Of a DNA stretch of 64,000 nucleotides, positions 19,405 to 27,493 are shown in pieces. Both the position numbers and the translations under genes were made by a program. This DNA comes from Anaerolineales bacterium (GTDB lineage: Bacteria; Chloroflexota; Anaerolineae; Anaerolineales; RBG-16-64-43), in contig JAFGCU010000025.1 in the NCBI GenBank assembly GCA_016932475.1, forward strand, positions 30,808 through 94,807, in the 5' to 3' direction. Below the pieces are notes generated by a model, which saw nothing but the letters and a program-made list of their open reading frames with translations, ran no database searches and was not told the DNA's origin. Every line of letters starts with the position of its first letter. The stretch's first letter is position 1.

Positions 19405-19449
19405 GCAACGGAAGACCGCCCGAAAAAAGACGGGGGCGGCTTCCGTTGC
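19405..19449 (-). terminator. Intrinsic terminator downstream of the small basic protein gene
   Basis: gcaacggaag/cttccgttgc 10-bp stem with inner ccgccc/gggcgg, followed by GTGTTTTT on minus strand. Confidence 0.7.
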
Positions 19450-19479
19450 TTGAATTGTCAATCCCGATTCGCGGAAGGC

Positions 19480-19635
19480 TCAGCGGCTCTTTCTTTTTTC
19501 CTTCTTCCCCTTCCGCTTGATATCCGCCCCGTGCGCCCGCTTGTACGTCTGGATATCCACAAACCGGCCCTTCTTATCCCGGACGGCGTACAGCTTGGTT
19601 CCCGATCTGCTGCGGTGAGTTGTTCGCTTGGCCAT
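19480..19635 (-). CDS. Small highly basic protein, 51 aa
   Basis: MAKRTTHRSRSGTKLYAVRDKKGRFVDIQTYKRAHGADIKRKGKKEKRKSR; AAGGAG 7 nt upstream; own terminator. Confidence 0.75.
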   Translation of the reverse strand: MAKRTTHRSRSGTKLYAVRDKKGRFVDIQTYKRAHGADIKRKGKKEKRKSR

Positions 19636-19779
19636 ATCGTCTCCTTTGCGAAGAGTATGATCCGGATAAGGCTGCCCACTCACGGAATTCCGGTTTTTCA
19701 CTGTCAATCCGGCAGCAGCACCCGCATTTCCATTATATAGCAATTCCCGGGGGTGCACACCGGCCGGCGGCGCGTCCCA

Positions 19780-20514
19780 TCACGCCAGCGGTTCGGCCAT
19801 CGTCCGCATCTGGATTTCGATGATGCGCGCGTGCGCGGGCTGGGTGCACGCCAGGAGCACCGCGTCCGCCACATCCCCGGGTTCGAGCATCTCCGACCCG
19901 GCGACCCCCTCCTCTGTCCGGCCTTTGCCGATCGCGAATTCGGTTTTCACGCCGCCGGGGCAGATCACGCCGACTTTGATTCCATGCGGCCGCAGTTCTT
20001 TATCGAGCCCCTGCGCGAAACCGACCTGCGCGAACTTGGTCGCGCAGTATACGGCCTCGCCCGCGAATCCGTAGATCCCGGCCATGGAGGAAATCATGAG
20101 CAGGGTGCCGGATTTCTGGCGGATCATCACCGGCACAGCCTGGCGGGTGAAGAGAAAAGTCGAACGCATGTTGCTGTCCATCATCTCGTCGTACTCGTCC
20201 GCGTCCGTGTCGATCAGATTCTTGTAATTGCCCACGCCGGCGTTGTTGACGAGGATATCCAGCCGCCCGAAGGCTTTCACCGCGGCGTCGACCGCCCGGC
20301 GCGCCGTATCTTCTTCCCGCGCGTCCCCGATCACGATTTCCGCCTTCGGCCCCGTTTTCCGGATCTCCCCGGCCAGCGCTTCGAGCCGCTCCCGGCGCCG
20401 GGCGGTCAGGATGATGTCCGCGCCCTCCGCCGCGATCGCGCGCACGCACGCCGCGCCGATCCCGGAACTGGCACCGGTGATCAGTGCGGTTTTCCCTGCC
20501 AATCGTTTGGTCAT
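19780..20514 (-). CDS. SDR family oxidoreductase
   Basis: TGASSGIG, NNAG, YCATK catalytic motif; GGAGG before MTKRL. Confidence 0.95.
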   Translation of the reverse strand: MTKRLAGKTALITGASSGIGAACVRAIAAEGADIILTARRRERLEALAGEIRKTGPKAEIVIGDAREEDTARRAVDAAVKAFGRLDILVNNAGVGNYKNLIDTDADEYDEMMDSNMRSTFLFTRQAVPVMIRQKSGTLLMISSMAGIYGFAGEAVYCATKFAQVGFAQGLDKELRPHGIKVGVICPGGVKTEFAIGKGRTEEGVAGSEMLEPGDVADAVLLACTQPAHARIIEIQMRTMAEPLA

Positions 20515-20558
20515 TGGAACCTCCATGGACGGTGCTTGCAGATTTATTTCAAACGACT

Positions 20559-21461
20559 TTACCATAGGTTGAAATTGTGGTCGAACTTCCCCATTCCCCG
20601 GATCTCAATTTTTTTTCCCTGCCTCCACGCCACCCCCTCCACCTTCCCCAACACTTCGTAATAATCTATATCGATATAGGGGAAAACCGGCGGCATGCGC
20701 ATCCGCGAATGATGGGAATAAACCGGGCGGACCGTCAGATCGAGATCCGGCGACCGGATATCCCAGGCGCGGTCGAGGATGTCCGGGTGGAACGAGAAGT
20801 GGGCCGGCGAAGCCAGATACTGCCATGCGCCCGCGTGCCACAAGCAAGTGTAATGATGCGGAATCCCGGAATCATAAAGGCAATCCATTACGATCCCGGC
20901 CGTTTCCGGAGCCCAGAAGTGGATCCAATTCGCCCTCGAGTGGCGCGGCTGGACTCCCCAGTTGTGCTCGCCATATCCGTACCCCTGGAACGGATTTTCG
21001 CGTCCTTTGAGGATGATCTTTCCCTCCGCTTTATTCATGGGGAATTGCAGGATGTGATAATCGATCGGGCGCGCCAGCAGCCGGTTGCCGTGAACCGGTG
21101 TCCGCGGATTCTGCCGGCATTGAATTTCCAGTTGGGGGGTGAAGGCCTCGACCTCCCACCCATCCTCAGCCCGGCCGCGGAAACGCACATGTCCCCACCC
21201 GCCCCGCGCTTCGACATCCACTCCGCTGCCCGCACCCGCCCGGAACGCGCCCAAGTGCTCCTCTTCCCACCGCTCGCTGCTTCCGTAATCTATCGCTTTC
21301 AGCGAGACGTAGCTGCTGGGGAAGCTTTCCAGGGCGAGCAGGATAAAATATATTTTCCGCTCTTCGTCCAACCCTTCGAACGACCACCATTGCTTCCGCC
21401 GCAGGGCTGCGAGCAACCCGTGGCGGCGGAAATCGATCCGCACCCTGCCTTCCCCATCCAT
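20559..21461 (-). CDS. Hypothetical protein, tocopherol-cyclase/lipocalin-like beta fold
   Basis: GYGYGEHNWG, W.WIHF-type motifs, C-terminal GKFDHN. Confidence 0.6.
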   Translation of the reverse strand: MDGEGRVRIDFRRHGLLAALRRKQWWSFEGLDEERKIYFILLALESFPSSYVSLKAIDYGSSERWEEEHLGAFRAGAGSGVDVEARGGWGHVRFRGRAEDGWEVEAFTPQLEIQCRQNPRTPVHGNRLLARPIDYHILQFPMNKAEGKIILKGRENPFQGYGYGEHNWGVQPRHSRANWIHFWAPETAGIVMDCLYDSGIPHHYTCLWHAGAWQYLASPAHFSFHPDILDRAWDIRSPDLDLTVRPVYSHHSRMRMPPVFPYIDIDYYEVLGKVEGVAWRQGKKIEIRGMGKFDHNFNLW

Positions 21462-21503
21462 AGCTGTGCCTCCTTTGCGGCGGGACCAGTTGACCGGTTC
21501 CCG

Positions 21504-22430
21504 TTATGGATTTGGCGCTTTTGCCGAACACAATAGGGTGAGTTTACCGTTATCGTAGAGGTCCATATGGGTTAGGTATACCCCGTCGCGGGTCAGGTGG
21601 AACATTCCCATCGGGACCGGAAGGGGTTCCTCCGTCCATAAGGATCCGCCGTCCACGGTTCGCAATGCGTACACACTCCCCTCCCCGCCGCCGATCGTAT
21701 TCAGGGCGACGACGCCGTGAATTGAGTCGGAAAACCTGAGTGCGGCGGAGTGGTTCAGAGTCGGGATGGTCTTTCCTTCCGGAAGACCGAGGGAATGCAT
21801 TTCCCAAGTCTCACCTCCATCCGCGCTGACGAAGAGGTTTCCCGCAATATCCAGAAGGTAGCCGTCGCGCGGGGTGCGCAGGTGCAGCGCGGCCGGGCGG
21901 TCCATCCGCTCCGGGAATGGAATCGCGCTCCAAGTTTTGCCGCCATCGGCGGTGGAGAAGAATGTGCGCAGTTCCGTCGTGACTCCCCAGCCGTTGTTTG
22001 CATCTGCAAAGCTTACGTATTCGACATGCGCATTATGGGCAAAAGGGCCGACCGAATTCCATGTGTGCGCCCGGTCGGTGGAGAGCAGAACATCTCCCCC
22101 TACGCCGATATGCCAAATCCGCTGGTTTCCTTCGGAGATTTCCAAGGCCACTCGGGATAGTCCGGCCTTGATCGTATAGGTCCAGGTGGACCCACCGTCC
22201 TCCGTGTAGTGGATGCCCCCTCCCAGATCGGCCGCTACGCCGAAGGACCCGTCCCCGAACATCACGCTGAGCGCCGATTGCCCGAAATGCATCCTGCGGA
22301 TCACCGTCCACTCGCTGAAGGCACAGCCGGCCGTGGACGCGGTTTCGCCCGCAGCGGTGCAGTTTGTTAGGAAAAACAGGATTAGCAATATGCTGAATAT
22401 AAGGTTGGGGTGTTTCCGTTCGATTGCCAT
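21504..22430 (-). CDS. YCF48/BNR-repeat exported protein (probable lipoprotein)
   Basis: Signal ending FFLTNC; repeated T.DGG.TW / S.DGG.TW Asp-boxes. Confidence 0.85.
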   Translation of the reverse strand: MAIERKHPNLIFSILLILFFLTNCTAAGETASTAGCAFSEWTVIRRMHFGQSALSVMFGDGSFGVAADLGGGIHYTEDGGSTWTYTIKAGLSRVALEISEGNQRIWHIGVGGDVLLSTDRAHTWNSVGPFAHNAHVEYVSFADANNGWGVTTELRTFFSTADGGKTWSAIPFPERMDRPAALHLRTPRDGYLLDIAGNLFVSADGGETWEMHSLGLPEGKTIPTLNHSAALRFSDSIHGVVALNTIGGGEGSVYALRTVDGGSLWTEEPLPVPMGMFHLTRDGVYLTHMDLYDNGKLTLLCSAKAPNP

Positions 22431-23001
22431 ATTCCTCCGATATAAAAAAATAATTCAGCGCTAATCCCGCGATTATATCGCCGAACGATCATCCGGCAGG
22501 GCTTTCAATGCCGAACGGCAATCCGAATGCATCCTCGTCCGATGGAGGTGGCGGGCGACAACCCCATCTCAGGCATTCTTTTGTGATTTCCCATTGGATA
22601 GCGGACCAAGTCAAAGGCGGTGTTGCCGGTCATTCGGAAAGTACCAAGGCCGATCCTGGATCAGGATTATCCGCGGAGCCGCCGTCAGCGCTATATGCGC
22701 CAAATCCGCCGCACCGGCTCCGTCCGGAACCTTCAGGACGATCAGGAGCGCCGGTGAATCCAACGTATTACAAGAACCGGACGGACTCGCTTTCCGGGGA
22801 AAACGACGGACGCAATCGGCGGACACGCGCCGCCGAACGCCGGATTCCCCATGACCCATCGGATGGCGGGGGAATCCGGAAACCCGGAAGGCCCATGCAA
22901 GACGGCCCGTGCGGCGAAGGAAAACCGGAGAAACGCATTCGGAGGCATGAGCGAAAATGCCGATATCCGGTAACTGGGCTTTTGTTCATGCGAGGATCGT
23001 G

Positions 23002-23823
23002 CTATCGCTTTTTCTGGCATTGCGGACAGTAGTACGTCGACCGCTGCCCGACGGTGATATGCCGGATCCTGGCGCCGCACTTCGGGCATGGTTCCCCCTC
23101 GCGGCCGTACGCGCGGAGGTGGTTTTGGAAATCCCCGCCGCGGTAGACCCAGTCGATGCTCGCCCCGTCCCGGGCGATCCCCACCCGCAGCGCGGCGTGG
23201 ATTCCGCGCCAGAGCCGCGCCGCCTCTTCCGGCCGCAGGCTATCGCTGCGGCGCAGTGGATGCAGGCGCGCGCGGTGCAGCGCCTCGTCGGCATAGATGT
23301 TGCCGATCCCAGCGACGAAGGTTTGGTCCAGCAGCAGGGGTTTAAGCAGGCGCTTCCGGCTGCGCAGCATCGCTTCCAGCCGAGCCGGGGTGAATTCCGG
23401 CGCGAGCGGCTCCGGCCCAAGCGCGCCGAGCACACGTTCGGGGGATTCCAAAATCCAAATCCGGCCGAACCGGCGCGGATCATGAAACCGCAGATCCCAT
23501 CCGCCGTCCAGATGCCACACCACATGATCGTGCTTGCGCAGCGGTTCGCCGCCGGGGAACAACTGCACATCGCCGCTCATCCGCAAGTGGATCAGCAGAT
23601 AGTCCCGCGTGAGCCGGCAGACGAGGAACTTCCCCCGGCGCGCGATGTCGAGGAAGCGCTGGCCGCGCATCCGCGCGCGCGCCTCCTCCGGGTCTGGGAC
23701 TGCGATAGGTTTCGGATGGCGGACCTCGACGGTGAGAATCTCGCGCCCCGTCAGCGCGGGTTCGCCGCCGCAACCGGTGCGGAGCCTGCGCGCGATCGTT
23801 TCTACTTCGGGCAGTTCGGGCAT
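23002..23823 (-). CDS. mutM: Formamidopyrimidine-DNA glycosylase
   Basis: PELPEVET N-terminus, RRGK, HLRMSG, GIGNIYADE H2TH, CPKC..CPQCQ zinc finger. Confidence 0.97.
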   Translation of the reverse strand: MPELPEVETIARRLRTGCGGEPALTGREILTVEVRHPKPIAVPDPEEARARMRGQRFLDIARRGKFLVCRLTRDYLLIHLRMSGDVQLFPGGEPLRKHDHVVWHLDGGWDLRFHDPRRFGRIWILESPERVLGALGPEPLAPEFTPARLEAMLRSRKRLLKPLLLDQTFVAGIGNIYADEALHRARLHPLRRSDSLRPEEAARLWRGIHAALRVGIARDGASIDWVYRGGDFQNHLRAYGREGEPCPKCGARIRHITVGQRSTYYCPQCQKKR

Positions 23824-23856
23824 ACTCTCCTTCCTCACCCCCTAACCCCATCTCCT

Positions 23857-23885
23857 GTAGGGGCGACCCAATGGGTCGCCCTTAC
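23857..23885. repeat. GTAG-tagged REP-like palindrome
   Basis: gtag-gggcgaccca-a-tgggtcgccc-ttac; near-identical copy at 39917-39945. Confidence 0.85.
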
Positions 23886-23926
23886 TGAATGGGAAGGGAG
23901 GTGAGGTGGATAGTATAATTCCTACC

Positions 23927-24781
23927 GTGCCGCCAACCACCGACGACCGCGAACTCCAATATCTGATCATCGGCCACGTCACCAAAGACATCGCCCCCGA
24001 AGGCGAAAGGATGGGCGGCACGGCCGCCTATGCCGGCCTGACCGCGCTGGCTTACGGCGCCTTCCCATTGCTGGTTACGTCCTGCTCGCTTCACGGAAAC
24101 CTTTCGCCCTTGGATGGCATGTTGATCCACAAGGTGCTTTCGGGCCGGGAGACGACCTTCGAGAACCGGTACAACGGAAGCACGCGCGAGCAATGGGTGC
24201 GTTCAGTCGCCGAACCGCTGGGAGAGGTCCACATCCCCCGGACCTGGAGCGAACCCGAGATCGTCCACCTCGCCCCGGTGGTCGGGGAAGTCAAACCCGG
24301 CCTGATGGACCTTTTCCTGAAATCGCTTTGCTGCGTGACCCTGCAGGGCTGGATGCGCGATTGGGATGACGACGGCCGGGTGCATCGCATCCTCAGCCCG
24401 GATGTGGAGCAGGCGGCGCGGAACGCGCACGTTTCGGTGTTCAGCATGGACGACATCGGCGGCGACGAAGCGCTGGCCGCGGGCCTGGCCGCGCTTTCTC
24501 CGGTAAGTGCTGTGACCGACGGGGAACGCGGGTGCCGGATCTCCCGGCGGGGCGAGACGCGCGTTCTTCCGGCGCCGAAGGTTACCGTCGTGGATCCGAC
24601 CGGCGCGGGCGATATTTTCGCCGCCGTCTTTTTCCTGCGGCTGAAGGAGACCGGCGACGCGTGGGAAGCCGGGCGCATGGCGACCGCACTCGCCTCACTC
24701 TCGGTGACCCGGCCCGGACTGGCGGGAGTCCCTACGCGCGATGAAATTCTCGAAGCAAAACGGACGGGAACCGCTCTGTGA
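23927..24781 (+). CDS. PfkB family carbohydrate kinase
   Basis: GGTAAYAG, VTDGERG, DPTGAGDIF; in-frame GTG at 23927 lies 7 nt after TATAAT (23914-23919); alternative start 23906. Confidence 0.9.
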   Translation: MPPTTDDRELQYLIIGHVTKDIAPEGERMGGTAAYAGLTALAYGAFPLLVTSCSLHGNLSPLDGMLIHKVLSGRETTFENRYNGSTREQWVRSVAEPLGEVHIPRTWSEPEIVHLAPVVGEVKPGLMDLFLKSLCCVTLQGWMRDWDDDGRVHRILSPDVEQAARNAHVSVFSMDDIGGDEALAAGLAALSPVSAVTDGERGCRISRRGETRVLPAPKVTVVDPTGAGDIFAAVFFLRLKETGDAWEAGRMATALASLSVTRPGLAGVPTRDEILEAKRTGTAL

Positions 24782-25566
24782 CAAAAATCTACGCGTTCGT
24801 CAACCAGAAGGGCGGCGTCGGCAAGACGACCACCACCATCAGCCTAGCCTCGTGTTTTGCGCGCATGGGCCAGCGCGTCCTGATGGTCGACCTCGATCCG
24901 CAGGCTAATGCGACCTCCTGCCTGGGTGTCGACAAACGCCGTGTCCAAAGCGGCACATACGAGGTGCTGATCGGTTCCTGCCCGCCCCTGGCATCCATCC
25001 TTAAAAACGAACAGCTCGGCCTGAGCCTGATCCCCTCCACCCAGGATCTGACCGGCGCGGAAGTGGAACTGATCAGTGAAGAACGGCGCGAGGTCCGGCT
25101 CCGCGACGCGCTCAGGGAAATCCACGCCGAGTATGATTACATCCTGATCGATTCCCCTCCGTCGCTCGGCATCCTCACCCTGAACGCGCTGGTCGCCGCC
25201 GCCGACGGCGCAGTCATCCCCGTTCAGTGTGAATACCTCGCGCTGGAGGGGTTAAGCCAATTGACCCAGACGATCGGTCGCGTGCGCGCCTCGTTCCATC
25301 CCCGCCTCGAGATCCGCGGCGTGGTGATGACGATGTTCGACGGCCGGACGAACCTCGGCAATCAGGTCATCGACGAAGTCCGCAGGCATTTTCCGGGAAA
25401 GGTCTTCGCAAGCGTCATCCCGCGCAGCATCCGGCTGGCGGAGGCGCCGTCCCACGGAATTCCGATTTCCATTTACGCCCCCTCCTCCATCGGCGCGCTT
25501 GCCTACCAAGAATTGGCGGAGGAAATCTTGAAATCCGACGGAGCCCGGATCCACGACAAGGGATGA
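24778..25566 (+). CDS. parA: ParA/Soj chromosome partitioning ATPase
   Basis: NQKGGVGKTTT, DLDPQANAT, DSPPSLG, PVQCEYLALEG, IRLAEAPSHG. Confidence 0.97.
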   Translation: MTKIYAFVNQKGGVGKTTTTISLASCFARMGQRVLMVDLDPQANATSCLGVDKRRVQSGTYEVLIGSCPPLASILKNEQLGLSLIPSTQDLTGAEVELISEERREVRLRDALREIHAEYDYILIDSPPSLGILTLNALVAAADGAVIPVQCEYLALEGLSQLTQTIGRVRASFHPRLEIRGVVMTMFDGRTNLGNQVIDEVRRHFPGKVFASVIPRSIRLAEAPSHGIPISIYAPSSIGALAYQELAEEILKSDGARIHDKG

Positions 25567-25570
25567 ATCC

Positions 25571-26422
25571 ATGAGCGCAAAAAAACACGGACTCGGGCGC
25601 GGCTTGGACGCCCTCCTCCCGGCCGAAGCCTCCCCCGCCGACACCATGTCGGTGCCGGTGGGAAAGATCCGCCGCAATCCGCGCCAGCCGCGGGCGACGA
25701 TCGACCCCGGCGAACTCGAGGAGCTGGCCGCGTCGATCCGCGAGCACGGCGTGATTCAACCGTTGATCGTCAGCCGCGGAACGGCTCCCGATGAGTACAT
25801 CCTGATCGCCGGAGAGCGGCGGTTGGAAGCCTCGAAGCTGGCCGGGCTGGAACGGGTGCCGGTCCTGGTCCGCGACGCCTCCGACCAGCAGCGCCTGGAA
25901 CTGGCGCTGATCGAAAACCTTCAGCGCGAGGATCTCTCCCCGCTCGAGACGGCGGAAGCCTACCGTCATTTGCATGAGGATTTCGGACTCTCGCACGAGG
26001 AAGTCGCCAAGCAGGTGGGGAAGAGCCGCGTCGCAGTTTCGAATACATTGCGCCTGTTGAAATTGCCGGAGCGCGTGCGCCAGGCTCTGGGCGCGGGTCA
26101 AATTTCCGAAGGTCACGCCCGCGCCATCCTGGCCCTCCCGACCATTCAGGCGCAGCTGGCCGCGGTGGATACCGTCCTCAAGCGCGATCTGAGCGTCCGT
26201 CAAACCGAAGAACTCGCGCGCCGGATGACCGGCAAGCGGGCGCCCAAGGCCGCTCCGCCGCGCCTGCCCCCGGACCTGCGCGCGCTTGAGAAAAAATTCG
26301 AGGAGTCGCTGGGGACGCGGGTGACGATCAAGCGCGGCAAACGCGGCGGCCTGGTCCTTTTATATTACTACTCCGACGAAGAGCTGGATGCGATTGCCGG
26401 CCAGATTTTAAAAGGGAAATAG
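25571..26422 (+). CDS. parB: ParB/Spo0J partitioning protein
   Basis: GLGRGL, NPRQPR, IAGERR CTPase motif, ENLQREDL, GKSRVAVSNTLRLL HTH. Confidence 0.97.
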   Translation: MSAKKHGLGRGLDALLPAEASPADTMSVPVGKIRRNPRQPRATIDPGELEELAASIREHGVIQPLIVSRGTAPDEYILIAGERRLEASKLAGLERVPVLVRDASDQQRLELALIENLQREDLSPLETAEAYRHLHEDFGLSHEEVAKQVGKSRVAVSNTLRLLKLPERVRQALGAGQISEGHARAILALPTIQAQLAAVDTVLKRDLSVRQTEELARRMTGKRAPKAAPPRLPPDLRALEKKFEESLGTRVTIKRGKRGGLVLLYYYSDEELDAIAGQILKGK

Positions 26423-26769
26423 CCTCCTCCCTCCCCTCTCCCGTCAAAAAACCACTTAACGGGGGAGGCTGATGCGGAAGAATCCTCCCCCGTAAGCCGT
26501 TCCTGGTTTTCGGTTGACGGGTGAGAATGTTGCAGAAGAATCCTCCCCCGTTAGCCGCTCCTGGTTTTCGGCTAACGGGCGAGAATGTTGCAGAAGAATC
26601 CTCCCCCGTTAGCCGCTCCTGGTTTTCGGCTAACGGGGGAGTTTGATGCGTAAGAATCCTCCCCCGTTAGCCGCACTCGGTTTTTAATTGGGGGGAGGCT
26701 GATGCGTAAGAATCCTCCCCCGTTAGCCGCTCCTGGTTTTCGGCTAACGGGGGAGGACAGAGGAGGGGG
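26423..26769. repeat. Upstream hairpin array: left module plus five 56-58 bp units
   Basis: Units start 26478, 26536, 26594, 26652, 26708; consensus aagaatcctcccccgttagccg-ctcctggtttt-cggctaacgg(gggag); perfect 15-bp stem in units 3 and 5. Confidence 0.95.
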
Positions 26770-26785
26770 CGATCCAGGGGCGAAC

Positions 26786-27190
26786 ATGATCAAGAGAAGA
26801 AAATCCCGCCGCGGCACAACAGCTCAAACCACGCAATTCGCCAAAATACTCAGAACTTCCATGACCCCCGCGGAGCGCTTGTTGTGGTCCCGGCTCCGGC
26901 GAAATGCCACAGGTGTTCACTTCCGGCGGCAAGCTCCCCTTGGAAAATTTATCCTCGATTTCTACTGCGCCAAATCCAAATTGGCGGTCGAAGTGGATGG
27001 CGATATCCATGTTAATCAAACCGGCCATGATAACGAACGATCGGAATGGCTCAATTCACAAAAACAAATTCGCGTTCTTCGTGTCACGAATAAGGAAATT
27101 ATAGAGAATATGGATGGCGTAATAATGTATATACTTCAGGAATTGGCATCCGCCCCCTCCCTTCCCTCCCCCGCCAAAAAGATCCCTTGA
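26786..27190 (+). CDS. DUF559 / Vsr-like endonuclease
   Basis: AKILRTSMTPAERLLWSRLR, FRRQAPLGKFILDFYC, LAVEVDGDIH, DNERSEWL, VLRVTN; AT-richer than neighbours. Confidence 0.92.
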   Translation: MIKRRKSRRGTTAQTTQFAKILRTSMTPAERLLWSRLRRNATGVHFRRQAPLGKFILDFYCAKSKLAVEVDGDIHVNQTGHDNERSEWLNSQKQIRVLRVTNKEIIENMDGVIMYILQELASAPSLPSPAKKIP

Positions 27191-27460
27191 CGGGGGAGGG
27201 TTACCCGCGGGAATCCTCCCCCGTTAGCCATACTTGGTTTTTTTACTTACGGGCGAGAATGTTGCAGAAGAATCCTCCCCCGTTAGCCGCATTCGATTTT
27301 TAGCTGGAGGGGGGGCTGGGGAGGCTGATGCGTAAGAATCCTCCCCCGTTAGCCGCTCCTGGTTTTTGGCTAACGGGGGAGGACAGAGGAGGGGGTCTGC
27401 CGGCTTTTAAAAAAAACCTCCCCCGCTGGTTGCCATAATCTCTTGGCAAACGGAGGAGGG
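27153..27460. repeat. Downstream hairpin array: left module, three units and a terminal degenerate hairpin
   Basis: Units at about 27211, 27268, 27334; 27318-27395 matches 26692-26769 at 77 of 78 nt. Confidence 0.92.
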
Positions 27461-27493
27461 AATAATGGAAGCCAAGCATATTCTTGCGATAGA

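Noticed and set aside
26702-26785. N-terminal extension MRKNPPPLAAPG of the DUF559 protein
   Set aside because: It is the translated repeat unit; family similarity starts after ATG 26786.
26423-27460. CRISPR array with a Cas-like nuclease
   Set aside because: The sequence between stems is itself repeated (two linker types, near-constant loops); there are no unique spacers and no cas genes; the nuclease is DUF559-like.
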